This document shows, piece after piece, positions 10,334 through 19,095 of a stretch of 64,000 bases of DNA. Below the pieces are notes generated by a model. The model did not search any database and was not told the origin of the DNA. It saw only the letters and a list, made by a program, of their open reading frames with translations. Each line of letters starts with the position of its first letter. Position 1 is the stretch's first letter. The stretch lies in NCBI GenBank assembly GCA_964514585.1, contig CAZETU010000003.1, forward strand, positions 80,813 to 144,812, given 5' to 3'. The position numbers and the translations under genes were made by a program. The stretch is from Candidatus Woesearchaeota archaeon. GTDB lineage: Archaea > Nanobdellota > Nanobdellia > Pacearchaeales > GW2011-AR1.

Positions 10334-10377
10334 ACCGAAATGTTTAAAAAACAAAGTATACACAAGTTTGTATACAC
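10334..10377 (+). promoter_or_regulatory. BRE/TATA promoter of dnaK followed by a GTATACAC direct repeat (putative operator)
   Basis: ACCGAAATGTTTAAAAA, then GTATACAC at 10356 and 10370. Confidence 0.5.
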
Positions 10378-10392
10378 GGAGATTAAAATAAT

Positions 10393-12264
10393 ATGGCAAA
10401 AATTATAGGAATTGATTTAGGGACGACATTTTCAGCGGTAAGTGTGCTTGAAGCTGGAAAGCCGAAGATTATACCAAATACTGAAGGGAATAATACTACT
10501 CCTAGTGTTGTATCTATTAATGGCGATGAAGTTTTAGTTGGTGAAGTTGCAAGGCGAGGAGCTGTTGCTAGTCCTAAGAATACTATTCGAAGTATTAAGA
10601 GAATTATGGGAACTAAGAAAATGACAAAGATTGATGATAAGGAATATTCTCCTGAGCAGGTTTCTGCAATGATTTTGACGAAGTTAAAGAAAGATGCTGA
10701 GGCTTATTTGGGTCATGAAGTAACTGATGCTGTAATTACTGTTCCGGCTTATTTTGGGGATGCTCAGAGAAATGCGACTAAGGATGCGGGTAAGATTGCT
10801 GGTCTTAATGTAAAGAGAATTATTAACGAACCAACAGCTGCGGCACTTGCTTATGGTTTGGAAAAAGATGATGATCATACAATTTTAGTTTTTGATTTTG
10901 GTGGTGGAACTTTTGATGTTTCAATTCTAGAGATTGGTGGTGGAGTTTTTGAAGTTAAGTCTACTGCTGGAAACAATGTCTTAGGGGGCGATGATATTGA
11001 TGATTTGATAATTGATTATTTAGTTGTGGAATTCAAGAAGGATAATGGAATTGATTTGAAAGAAGATTTGGTTGCACTGCAGAGGCTTAAGGAAGCTGCA
11101 GAAAAGGCTAAGATTGAACTTAGTTCAGCTACGAGTACGAAGATTACTATCCCATATATTACTTCAGATGATAAAGGTCCAAAGCATTTAGATGTTAATT
11201 TGACTCGAGCTAACTTTGAAAATATTTGTTCAGATTTTTTTGATAAGTTGAAGGGTCCAACACAGCAAGCAATTAAGGATGCTAAGTCTCCTAAGATTGA
11301 TAAGGTTATTTTAGTTGGTGGAAGTACACGGATTCCTAAGGTTCAAGAAATTGTTAAAGATATTACTGGAATGGATTCTGATAAGTCTGTAAATCCTGAT
11401 GAGGCTATTTCTTTAGGGGCTGCAATCCAGGGTGGAATTATTGGTGGAGACGTTAAGGATGTTTTGCTTCTTGATGTTACATCTTTGACTCTTGGAATTG
11501 AGACTCAAGGTGGACTAAGAGTTGCTTTGATTGATAGGAATACTACTATTCCAACCAAGAAGGCGGAAGTTTTCTCTACAGCTGCTGATAATCAGGATGC
11601 GGTAACAATTAATGTTTTACAAGGGGAAAGAGAAATGGCGAATGATAATAAGTCTCTTGGTAAGTTTGATTTGGTGGGGATTATTCCTGCACCACGAGGA
11701 GTTCCTCAGATTGAAGTTACTTTTGATATTGATACTAACGGAATTGTAAATGTTTCTGCAAAGGATTTGGGAACTGGTAAAGAACAGAAGATTACAGTTA
11801 CTGGTGGATCTTTGAGTGATGAAGAGATTGCGGATATGGTTAAGAATGCTGAGAAGTTTAAAGAAGAAGATGAGAAAAAGAAAGAAAAGATTATGATTGT
11901 AAATGAATCTGAGTCCTTGATTTATTCTACTGAGAAATTATTGAAAGAGCATAAAGATAAGGTTGACAAGGAAACAATTGGTAAGATTCAGGCTGGGCTT
12001 GATGAGTTAAAGGAAACTTTGAAGAGCGAGGATACTGAGAAGATTAAGGCAAAGCTTGAGGAAGTTAAGACTGTTGCTCAGGAACTTGGTGTTAAGATTT
12101 ACGAGCAGGCGGCTGCGGCGCAAGGTGGAGCTGAGGCTGAGGGTGATTCTAATATTGTTGATGCTGAAGTGGTTGAAGAGTCTGAGAAAAAGAAAGAAGA
12201 TGAGAAGAAAAAAGAGGAAAAGAATGAAAATGATTCTTCGGAAGATGAAAGACAAAAAGAATAA
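10393..12264 (+). CDS. dnaK: Chaperone DnaK (Hsp70)
   Basis: [61 protein letters not shown]. Confidence 0.98.
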   Translation: MAKIIGIDLGTTFSAVSVLEAGKPKIIPNTEGNNTTPSVVSINGDEVLVGEVARRGAVASPKNTIRSIKRIMGTKKMTKIDDKEYSPEQVSAMILTKLKKDAEAYLGHEVTDAVITVPAYFGDAQRNATKDAGKIAGLNVKRIINEPTAAALAYGLEKDDDHTILVFDFGGGTFDVSILEIGGGVFEVKSTAGNNVLGGDDIDDLIIDYLVVEFKKDNGIDLKEDLVALQRLKEAAEKAKIELSSATSTKITIPYITSDDKGPKHLDVNLTRANFENICSDFFDKLKGPTQQAIKDAKSPKIDKVILVGGSTRIPKVQEIVKDITGMDSDKSVNPDEAISLGAAIQGGIIGGDVKDVLLLDVTSLTLGIETQGGLRVALIDRNTTIPTKKAEVFSTAADNQDAVTINVLQGEREMANDNKSLGKFDLVGIIPAPRGVPQIEVTFDIDTNGIVNVSAKDLGTGKEQKITVTGGSLSDEEIADMVKNAEKFKEEDEKKKEKIMIVNESESLIYSTEKLLKEHKDKVDKETIGKIQAGLDELKETLKSEDTEKIKAKLEEVKTVAQELGVKIYEQAAAAQGGAEAEGDSNIVDAEVVEESEKKKEDEKKKEEKNENDSSEDERQKE

Positions 12265-12308
12265 TTTTGTTGCGACGAATTTAAAAGACTAAATGATATT
12301 TATCCATT

Positions 12309-13346
12309 ATGGCAAATAAAGATTACTACAAGATATTGGAAGTGAATAAAACTGATTCTATAGATGTTATTAAAAAAAGTTATAAGAAATTGGCCTTGAA
12401 GTATCATCCTGATAAGGCTACAGACGATAAGAAGAAAGATGCCGAGGATAAGTTTAAGGAAATTAATGAGGCGTATTCTGTTTTAAGTGATGAGGGAAAA
12501 AAGAGGCAGTATGATGCGGGTGGTGGAGCTAGCCAATTTAGGCAGAGAGGTGGCGGACAGAGCTATGGTGGATTTGGGGATATTTTTGGGGATATTTTTG
12601 GTGGTGGAAGCTTTGGAGAAGAGGGTCCTGATTTAGATTTGCATTATAGATTGGTGATAGATTTTATGGAAGCTATTAATGGTGTTGAAAAAGAAATCTC
12701 TATTAAGAAAGAGATTCCGTGTAAGAAATGTGATGGGTCTGGTTCTAAGGATGGTAAGTTTGATATTTGTAAGAGATGTAATGGTAATGGTAGAGTTGAG
12801 ACGATTCAGCAGACTCCTTGGGGTGCAATGCGTCGAGTAGTTAAGTGTGATGAGTGTGAAGGTGAGGGAAGAATTGCCAAGAATAAATGTTCTTATTGTA
12901 GTGGCAAGGGAATTGTGAGGAGTAGAGAGAAAGTTAAGATTAAGATTCCTGAGGGGATTGATAATGGGCAGACTATACGAGTTATGAATGGTGGGAATGC
13001 TATGAAGGGTGTTGCTAATGGTGATTTGTTTTTGCAGATTCAGGTTAAGCCGCATAAAGTTTTCAAGCGGGATGGGATTGATGTTTATATGGATTTTTCA
13101 ATAACGTTTGCGCAGGCTGCACTTGGTGATGAAATTTCTGTGCCTACATTAGATGAAGACGTTAAGATTAAGATTACTAAGGGAACTGAGTCTGGGAGTG
13201 TTTTGAGATTGAGAGATAAGGGTGTGCCAATTGTTAATAATCCTAGTTACAAGGGTGATTTGTTTGTTAATATTGTTGTAAAAACTCCTAAGAAGTTGAG
13301 TAGGGCTCAGGTGAAGTTGTTTAAAGAATTGAAGAAGTTGGACTGA
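12309..13346 (+). CDS. dnaJ: Chaperone DnaJ
   Basis: J domain (KYHPD), G/F region and four CxxCxGxG repeats. Confidence 0.97.
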   Translation: MANKDYYKILEVNKTDSIDVIKKSYKKLALKYHPDKATDDKKKDAEDKFKEINEAYSVLSDEGKKRQYDAGGGASQFRQRGGGQSYGGFGDIFGDIFGGGSFGEEGPDLDLHYRLVIDFMEAINGVEKEISIKKEIPCKKCDGSGSKDGKFDICKRCNGNGRVETIQQTPWGAMRRVVKCDECEGEGRIAKNKCSYCSGKGIVRSREKVKIKIPEGIDNGQTIRVMNGGNAMKGVANGDLFLQIQVKPHKVFKRDGIDVYMDFSITFAQAALGDEISVPTLDEDVKIKITKGTESGSVLRLRDKGVPIVNNPSYKGDLFVNIVVKTPKKLSRAQVKLFKELKKLD

Positions 13347-13411
13347 GGGGGATAACGGTTTGCGGATTTCATAGATTTTGAAAAAGTATTTTTATCTACT
13401 GTAAAATTTAT

Positions 13412-13440
13412 GCCCCAACCGATAGTAGTGGGGGAGTTTT
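13412..13440 (+). repeat. Core copy, sub-family B (GCCCCAACCGATAGTAGTGGGGGAGTTT)
   Basis: GATAGTAGTGGGGGAGTTT also occurs at 2478-2496; CCAACCGATAGTAGTCGGAGAGTTT occurs at 22219-22243. Confidence 0.75.
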
Positions 13441-13502
13441 TAAGAGCTGTTGGCTATTTGGACAAAGTAAACTATATAAACTAATTAGCCTAATTTAAAG
13501 AT

Positions 13503-14024
13503 ATGAATTTAAAAATTTCTGCATGGGCAGCAATTATTGCTGCAATTATTACAATTCCTGGTTTTATATTTGGGATGTTATTGTCAATAATTCCTGAAAA
13601 TAAAATAATTTATACTCTTTCGATGATTTCAGTGGTGGTTAGTATGTTGATAACAGTATTGTTATTTTTAGGATATATAAGAGTTGCAAAAAAGAATAAA
13701 TTAAAATTTCTAGAAGTTATGGTATATATCTCATTGATTATTATATTTATTTCTAAAATTTTTGTAATTTCTGTCAAAGGCGCTACAGTGTTTGACTTTA
13801 TTCTTCTGATATTGTTGGGTATTAACGGATTAGTTTTAGGAATTGCTTTTTTAAAATTAAAAAAAGTTTTTAATGGAATAGCTACTGCTATCGGTGTGAT
13901 GTATATTGTTGATGGCATTCTTATGATGAGTATAATAGGGGCGATCCTAATACCACTAACTCTAACTGCTGCAAGCATTTTAAAGGCAATATTTTTCTTT
14001 AGAGCAAGTAAAAAATATGACTAA
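13503..14024 (+). CDS. Hypothetical membrane protein (~5 TM)
   Basis: 173-aa ORF of successive hydrophobic segments. Confidence 0.75.
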   Translation: MNLKISAWAAIIAAIITIPGFIFGMLLSIIPENKIIYTLSMISVVVSMLITVLLFLGYIRVAKKNKLKFLEVMVYISLIIIFISKIFVISVKGATVFDFILLILLGINGLVLGIAFLKLKKVFNGIATAIGVMYIVDGILMMSIIGAILIPLTLTAASILKAIFFFRASKKYD

Positions 14025-14096
14025 ATGAGTTTTTTAAAATTACGCCCTTCAACTTCTCAAAAAAATAATAAAACAGCGTCGATAAAACTTCAAAAA

Positions 14097-14229
14097 CGTC
14101 CCAACCGGGGCTACTGGAGAGTGTCTGGGTTTCATGGGTGCTGGGATCCTTTTTCGTTTAGTTTAGATATCATTCGTGAGTGTGCGATGGAAGGATTTTA
14201 TAAATCTTGTCGGTCTACTTGTGGGTGAC
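14097..14229 (+). repeat. Core-plus-promoter element E1
   Basis: CGTCCCAACCGGGG core; 14113-14161 is identical (49 bp) to 15017-15065; ends TTATAAATCTTGTCGGTCTAC. Confidence 0.85.
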
Positions 14230-14315
14230 AGATTAATAGATTTTAGGGAAGAATTATGTTTTTAGTTTGATGGTGTTCTGCTATTAGTTACTTTCACTGT
14301 AATGAACATGACCCT

Positions 14316-14876
14316 TTACGTTAATTTTAAATCAGAGATAAAATCTTCATCTATTTTTAACGTTTTTGATGCAACTTTTTTAAGATGGTAAGATATGGAT
14401 CCCTGGTTGCCAATAGCGACATATATAACTTCTCTGTTGAATTTTTCAATGGATGCTTTTACCGCACCTGAGAAATCTCCGTCATTTGATATCAAGTATG
14501 CTTTATCATAATTTTCTGCTTGAGCGTCCAAAGCCAAGTCAAGTGCAAGATTGACATCTGTTGCTTTTTCTACGTAAAATATTTTTCCATCCTTTTTGTG
14601 TTTTTCCAATCTTCCGAAAATTATTTTTAATTTATTTATTTTCTTTAGTTTTTCAAAGAATTTTTGCTGTTCTGCATACATTTTTGGGTTGCTCTCCCCG
14701 ACAGGTGCTATGTAATAATTGATTTGTATTAAATTATTCATTGCTGAAATTTTCTTGCAAAAATCTTCAATATTAACCTTGCAATGGAATGTGTTTTTTA
14801 TAGAAAAATAGAAATTACTTCCATCGATATAAATAATTGCTCCTTTCTTGCCAGAATTCATTTTATGAAAAATCAT
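14316..14876 (-). CDS. NYN (LabA/DUF88, PIN-fold) domain protein
   Basis: IYIDGSNFY, EKATDVNLALD, LISNDGDF. Confidence 0.9.
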   Translation of the reverse strand: MIFHKMNSGKKGAIIYIDGSNFYFSIKNTFHCKVNIEDFCKKISAMNNLIQINYYIAPVGESNPKMYAEQQKFFEKLKKINKLKIIFGRLEKHKKDGKIFYVEKATDVNLALDLALDAQAENYDKAYLISNDGDFSGAVKASIEKFNREVIYVAIGNQGSISYHLKKVASKTLKIDEDFISDLKLT

Positions 14877-14997
14877 GGGGTTAGTCGCCTATCCCCATGG
14901 TGTTAATTATTATTAATAGTAGATCGGGATTTATAAGGTTTGTCATTGGCATTCAACGCCCGGATTTTGAGAAAATGTAAAACAGCGATGGTATAAT

Positions 14998-15072
14998 TCA
15001 CGCCCCAACCGGCGTGACTGGAGAGTGTCTGGGTTTCATGGGTGCTGGGATCCTTTTTCGTTTAGATATCAT
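14998..15072 (-). CDS. Putative leaderless 24-aa micro-ORF (MISKRKRIPAPMKPRHSPVTPVGA) inside element E2
   Basis: ATG lies ~32 nt downstream of a minus-strand BRE/TATA (ACCGACAAGACTTATATA). The paralogous frame in E1 is broken by a 5-nt duplication. Confidence 0.3.
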   Translation of the reverse strand: MISKRKRIPAPMKPRHSPVTPVGA

Positions 15073-15130
15073 TCGATTTGTCGTTGCTGATTAAGATATA
15101 TAAGTCTTGTCGGTCTATTTGAGGGTGACG
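15001..15130 (+). repeat. Core-plus-promoter element E2
   Basis: CGCCCCAACCGG core; 49 bp identical to E1; ends TATATAAGTCTTGTCGGTCTA. Confidence 0.85.
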
Positions 15131-15177
15131 AATGGATGATCCCAAACTCTTAAATAATATTTAAATAGAAAAGTTAT

Positions 15178-15489
15178 ATGGCTTATGTTGTTTATGGAAC
15201 AGAAACATTTGAAAAAGAGTTTGAGAAACTAGGAAATGATTATCGAGATCCCATCAAGAAGATTTTTTTACAATTGAAAGAAAATCCCTACGTAGGTGAT
15301 TCTATAAGATATAGATTTTTTAGAGAAAAGAGGATAAAAGAAAAGCGAATTTATTATATTATTTATGAAGAATTTTCTTCTGTTCTTGTTGTCGCAGTTG
15401 GTGGCAAAAAAGCACAAAAAGGTACAATTGACGAAATAATAAAGTTACTTCCTGAATTTAAAATTTATATGAAAGAATTATTAAGCTAA
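15178..15489 (+). CDS. RelE/ParE-family toxin
   Basis: LKENPYVGDSIRYRFFREKRIKEKRIYYII..VLVVAVGGKKAQK; 103 aa. Confidence 0.75.
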   Translation: MAYVVYGTETFEKEFEKLGNDYRDPIKKIFLQLKENPYVGDSIRYRFFREKRIKEKRIYYIIYEEFSSVLVVAVGGKKAQKGTIDEIIKLLPEFKIYMKELLS

Positions 15490-15687
15490 TTTTCTTACTT
15501 TCTTAGATTTCAAGTCAAGCAAACTTTTTTCAAATTGCCCAATTAAATCTGTATTCATTTTCTTTATTACAATCATTCCATTTAAGTTTTCCATTCCGAC
15601 AATCGAACCTTCATTTAAATCTAGTTCTTGCCTAATTGTTTGAGGTATTACGAGTTGTCCTCTTGAACTTATTTTTGACATTTCCAT
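15481..15687 (-). CDS. AbrB/MazE/SpoVT-family DNA-binding antitoxin
   Basis: SKISSRGQLVIPQTIRQELDLNEGS..IVIKK. ATG 15687 follows a minus-strand BRE/TATA at ~15708-15727. Confidence 0.85.
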   Translation of the reverse strand: MEMSKISSRGQLVIPQTIRQELDLNEGSIVGMENLNGMIVIKKMNTDLIGQFEKSLLDLKSKKVRKLA

Positions 15688-15903
15688 ATAAGAAAGTAAG
15701 ATTATCTTATTTATAAGGTTTTTGGTTTTCCCTGGATATCTCTGGGATTCCATTTTTTACAGATTCTTTCCACAAAAGATATCGTTCTTCATGATTATAT
15801 GGATCAACTTTCATTAATTTTAGAAGGATATACAAATAAAAAGGTCATTGTATAAATGTTGTATATTCGCCCAGCACCCATGAAACCTTAACAGTATTGC
15901 GAA

Positions 15904-16018
15904 CGCCCCAACCGCCCACGACCCCAGTCAAGCATCCTAAGGTGATGTCGTTTGCGTTTGCCTTATGTTAGTTGGTGGCTTTTCTTTTTAAGTCTTGTCG
16001 GTCTACTTTGGGGTTACG
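15904..16018 (+). repeat. Core-plus-promoter element E3
   Basis: CGCCCCAACCG core; 15917-15954 is identical (38 bp) to 25406-25443; ends TAAGTCTTGTCGGTCTAC. Confidence 0.85.
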
Positions 16019-16044
16019 GAATTAGATATAACTATAGCTACGTA

Positions 16045-16172
16045 ATTACCTTTTTCCTTTAGAATCTATTTTATAAAAATCTCCATCGGGGATATTTGCA
16101 TATACCATAGTGTTAATTATTATTAATAATGAGCTGGGGTTTATAGGATTTGTCATCAAATGGTTCAATCCC
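16045..16172 (-). pseudogene. Remnant of the 5' end and promoter of an NYN-gene paralogue
   Basis: 16105-16156 aligns with 14895-14946, and 16049-16082 with the NYN start region at ~14845-14880. Confidence 0.55.
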
Positions 16173-16180
16173 CCAGAATC

Positions 16181-16345
16181 CCCCCACCCCGTAAGCGACC
16201 TTTGTGGCATATTTAATGAGTATCTTTTTTTGTCATTGAATATTTATTTTAGTATGATTTATTGACGCTGTTGGACTTTATAAGTATTGTCGAGGTTGAG
16301 TAGGTAGATTAATTGAATTAGTCTTGTCGGTCTACTTTTGGATGA
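16181..16345 (+). repeat. Degenerate element E6 (paralogue of E5) with a second TCTTGTCGGTCTAC box
   Basis: GACCTTTGTGGCAT resembles 7524-7537; 16263-16301 matches 7590-7628; AGTCTTGTCGGTCTAC at 16320. Confidence 0.65.
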
Positions 16346-16460
16346 TGGATTAAAAATATGGTTGTGTCATGTATATTTAACCCACTTGCTTCAAGATAGA
16401 TTAGGGACTGGAATATTGGCATAGATTAAGATCGATAGGCTTGAAAACTATTTATTCATC

Positions 16461-16587
16461 CCGCCCAAAATTACTGAATTAGGGGTATGAAACTGCCCAA
16501 AACTTCTTTTTTATTCTAAAAATATCCATTTACGCATAAAAATGACCGCCCAAAACCTACTTTTTCTCTTTTTAAAACCGCCCAAAA
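16461..16587 (+). repeat. Four direct C(C/T)GCCCAAAA decamers
   Basis: Starts at 16461, 16493, 16546 and 16578 (spacing 32/53/32). Confidence 0.8.
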
Positions 16588-16622
16588 CAAAGATTTAAAT
16601 AGTTGTATTATTATAAATTGTT

Positions 16623-17702
16623 ATGGTCTGGACAAAGCCCGAAGGATATAGTAAGAAAAGAGTAGATTGGGCAGGAAATATTCTAATTGACAAGAATAGT
16701 TCTGCGGAGGAAAAAGATGAAGCACTTAATATCTTAGACAATTGGAGGGCCATCCATAGATACCCCATGCATATTTTTAAAAAAAGATTAAAATTAGTTT
16801 CAGAAAAAATTGATAAGAATGCCGTTAGTGTTCAAAGACTAAAAAGGCTTCCCTCTGTTTTAAAAAAATTACAAAGAGTTTATTCTGGAAATAAATCCTC
16901 AATGAAGCTTTCGCGAATGCAGGATATTGCAGGATGTAGGGCCGTTGTGTCTAATGTTTCTTTGGCAAAAAGACTCTACAAAGAAGGTTATCTTCAGAGT
17001 GATTTAAAGCATACAAGAGTTAATGAGAAAGATTATATCTCATATCCAAAATCAGATGGCTATCGAAGCATTCATTTGGTTTATAAATATAAAAGCAACA
17101 AGGAAGGTAAAAAAGAGTATAACGGATTACAAATAGAAATTCAAATACGGTCTAAACTTCAACATCTTTGGGCAACGGCAATTGAGACAGTAGATTTGTT
17201 TACTAGGCAAGCGATAAAATCTAATGAAGGGGAAAAGGAATGGAAGGATTTCTTTAGGTTAGTTAGTTCAGCTTTCGCTGTAATGGAGAAAACTCCTCTT
17301 GTTCCGAATACTCCTGCTAATTTGAAAGAATTGTATGCTCAGATAAAAGAAAAAGAAAAAGAATTGCAAGTTATAAAAGTCATGAGGGGATGGGCTTCAG
17401 CCGTGAGAGTTTTTAGACAAGCTTCTAAAGAGAAGCCAAACCTTAAATTTTTTCTTTTGGAGCTTGATGTTTTGCAGGAAAAACTTAATTTAACAGGATA
17501 TTCTCAAGAAGATGAAGAAAAAGCAATCTCAGATTATTCTAGGGCAGAGAAGGTAAATCAAAATAACCGTAGCTATGATGTTGTTTTAGTTGGGGCAGAT
17601 AAAACTAGTGATTTAGAAAAAGCTTATCCTAATTATTTTGTAGATACACGAGAGTTTTTAAAATATCTGGAGAAGATTCTTATGGATGTCATTAAGCCAT
17701 AA
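16623..17702 (+). CDS. RelA/SpoT-domain small alarmone synthetase with a C-terminal regulatory domain (CapRel-like)
   Basis: RLKRLPS, MQDIAGCR, GYRSIH, EIQIRSKLQHLWATAIE; C-terminal AYPNY (YxxY). Confidence 0.8.
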   Translation: MVWTKPEGYSKKRVDWAGNILIDKNSSAEEKDEALNILDNWRAIHRYPMHIFKKRLKLVSEKIDKNAVSVQRLKRLPSVLKKLQRVYSGNKSSMKLSRMQDIAGCRAVVSNVSLAKRLYKEGYLQSDLKHTRVNEKDYISYPKSDGYRSIHLVYKYKSNKEGKKEYNGLQIEIQIRSKLQHLWATAIETVDLFTRQAIKSNEGEKEWKDFFRLVSSAFAVMEKTPLVPNTPANLKELYAQIKEKEKELQVIKVMRGWASAVRVFRQASKEKPNLKFFLLELDVLQEKLNLTGYSQEDEEKAISDYSRAEKVNQNNRSYDVVLVGADKTSDLEKAYPNYFVDTREFLKYLEKILMDVIKP

Positions 17703-17894
17703 GTGGTGTCTTCATATATGCCCTATTTGACTAATTGATTGTATATCTTTTCCTATAATCGATACTTTCTTTTTGGCATAAAAACTTACACATTTTGTAA
17801 AAAATAGTGCTAAATAGCAGTCATTAAACCAAAAATCTACAAAAGAGGCTGAATAGTAAAATAAAATTAATAATTTAAATGCGTATTTCTCATT

Positions 17895-19022
17895 ATGGAA
17901 AAGAAAGATGTCTATAAACATAAAGAACGGTATCTTAAATGGATGGAAGAAAATCTCAATGGGATAAAGAATATCTCAGTTATTAATTCTTCACTGATTC
18001 TAAGCTATCTCTCAGATATGCAAAAAGGTCTAAACATCTCAGCTAAATCTAAAAAAGGGGCAAGGAGTTATACAAGATTGAATAATATCAGACAAAGAAT
18101 GATTTTTTTAATAAAGAAATTTGAGGCTATTTATAATTTAGAGGAGGTCTCAAGAATTGAAGAAGAACAACTACATGATTTTTTTAATAAAATAAGGAAT
18201 GGGACATTAAAAAGGGTGGATGGAAAAGTATATCAGGATCCTGTAAACTTTGTAAAGATTTTCAAAGCGTTTTGGCATTGGCATCAAAAAGTCAATAGAA
18301 AGAAGGGAGTTAATATTGATGATATAACTATTGACCTTGACACGAGTGTAGAGAAGCCAAAATGGGTTTACCTAACTGAAGAACAAATTATGACGTTATG
18401 TAAAAGAGCTCCCTTTGAGTATAAAGTTTTAATAACATTTCTTTATGATGCAGGCGTAAGAGCTCCGGGAGAATTATTAAATCTAAAGATTTCAGATTTC
18501 TATAACGATTTCAAGGAAGTTCACATCAGAGATGAAATAAGTAAGACATTTGGAAGACGGATTAAATTAATGTTCTGTTCAAAACTCGTTAAAGAATATG
18601 TAAACAAAAGAGGACTCTCAAAAGAAGACTATATTTTCTCTATGAGCCCATTTACGATTAATCACAATCTTCAAAAATTAGCAGAAAAGACATTAGGAAC
18701 TGAAAGAAGCTTAGCAGGTCAAAAATATTCAGAACTTACAATGTATGATTTTAGGCATTGCTCTTGCTGTTATTGGCTTCCAAAATATAAATCGGAATCT
18801 GGATTAAAATATCGCTTCGGGTGGAAGAAATCTGAAAGAATATATTACTATTCTGAAATGCTGGGTATGCAGGATACAATATCTGATGAAGATTTATTGC
18901 AAGATACTAGTAGCATGTTATTCAAAAGCAAGGTAAATAAAATTTACATAGATAATAAACTACAAGAATCCAGATTAGATTTTCTTGAGGAAAAAATTAA
19001 GAAACTTACTCAAGAAGAGTAA
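17895..19022 (+). CDS. Tyrosine recombinase/integrase (paralogue 1)
   Basis: YDAGVRAPGEL (catalytic R), SKT, YDFRH, RFGW..IYYYS (catalytic Y). Confidence 0.9.
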   Translation: MEKKDVYKHKERYLKWMEENLNGIKNISVINSSLILSYLSDMQKGLNISAKSKKGARSYTRLNNIRQRMIFLIKKFEAIYNLEEVSRIEEEQLHDFFNKIRNGTLKRVDGKVYQDPVNFVKIFKAFWHWHQKVNRKKGVNIDDITIDLDTSVEKPKWVYLTEEQIMTLCKRAPFEYKVLITFLYDAGVRAPGELLNLKISDFYNDFKEVHIRDEISKTFGRRIKLMFCSKLVKEYVNKRGLSKEDYIFSMSPFTINHNLQKLAEKTLGTERSLAGQKYSELTMYDFRHCSCCYWLPKYKSESGLKYRFGWKKSERIYYYSEMLGMQDTISDEDLLQDTSSMLFKSKVNKIYIDNKLQESRLDFLEEKIKKLTQEE

Positions 19023-19095
19023 ACTTATACGGGTCTTGCTTAACGCCCGAGAAATTTATCAATCCCTTCATTCGATAAAAATAGAAAATATACAA

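Noticed and set aside
12180-12264. Charged low-complexity dnaK tail
   Set aside because: An ordinary disordered Hsp70 C-terminus.
12007-12292. ORFs 12007-12255(-) and 12056-12292(+), and the many other short track ORFs nested in long genes
   Set aside because: These are shadow or antisense frames of well-supported genes with low-complexity codon patterns.
14025-14228. 67-aa ORF spanning E1, and the similar 83-aa ORF 44717-44968
   Set aside because: They run across repeat and promoter sequence, and the frame is not conserved in paralogous elements.
15904-15979. Classical integron attC site (GCCCCAAC ... GTTGGTGGC)
   Set aside because: End complementarity appears in E3 and partly E4 but not E1/E2/E5, it does not fit RYYYAAC/GTTRRRY cleanly, and neither integrase can be shown to be IntI. 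Kept only as integron-like.
14097-16345. Possible CRISPR array
   Set aside because: The repeats are 0.3-0.9 kb apart with genes between them, there are no regular 30-40 nt spacers and there are no cas genes.
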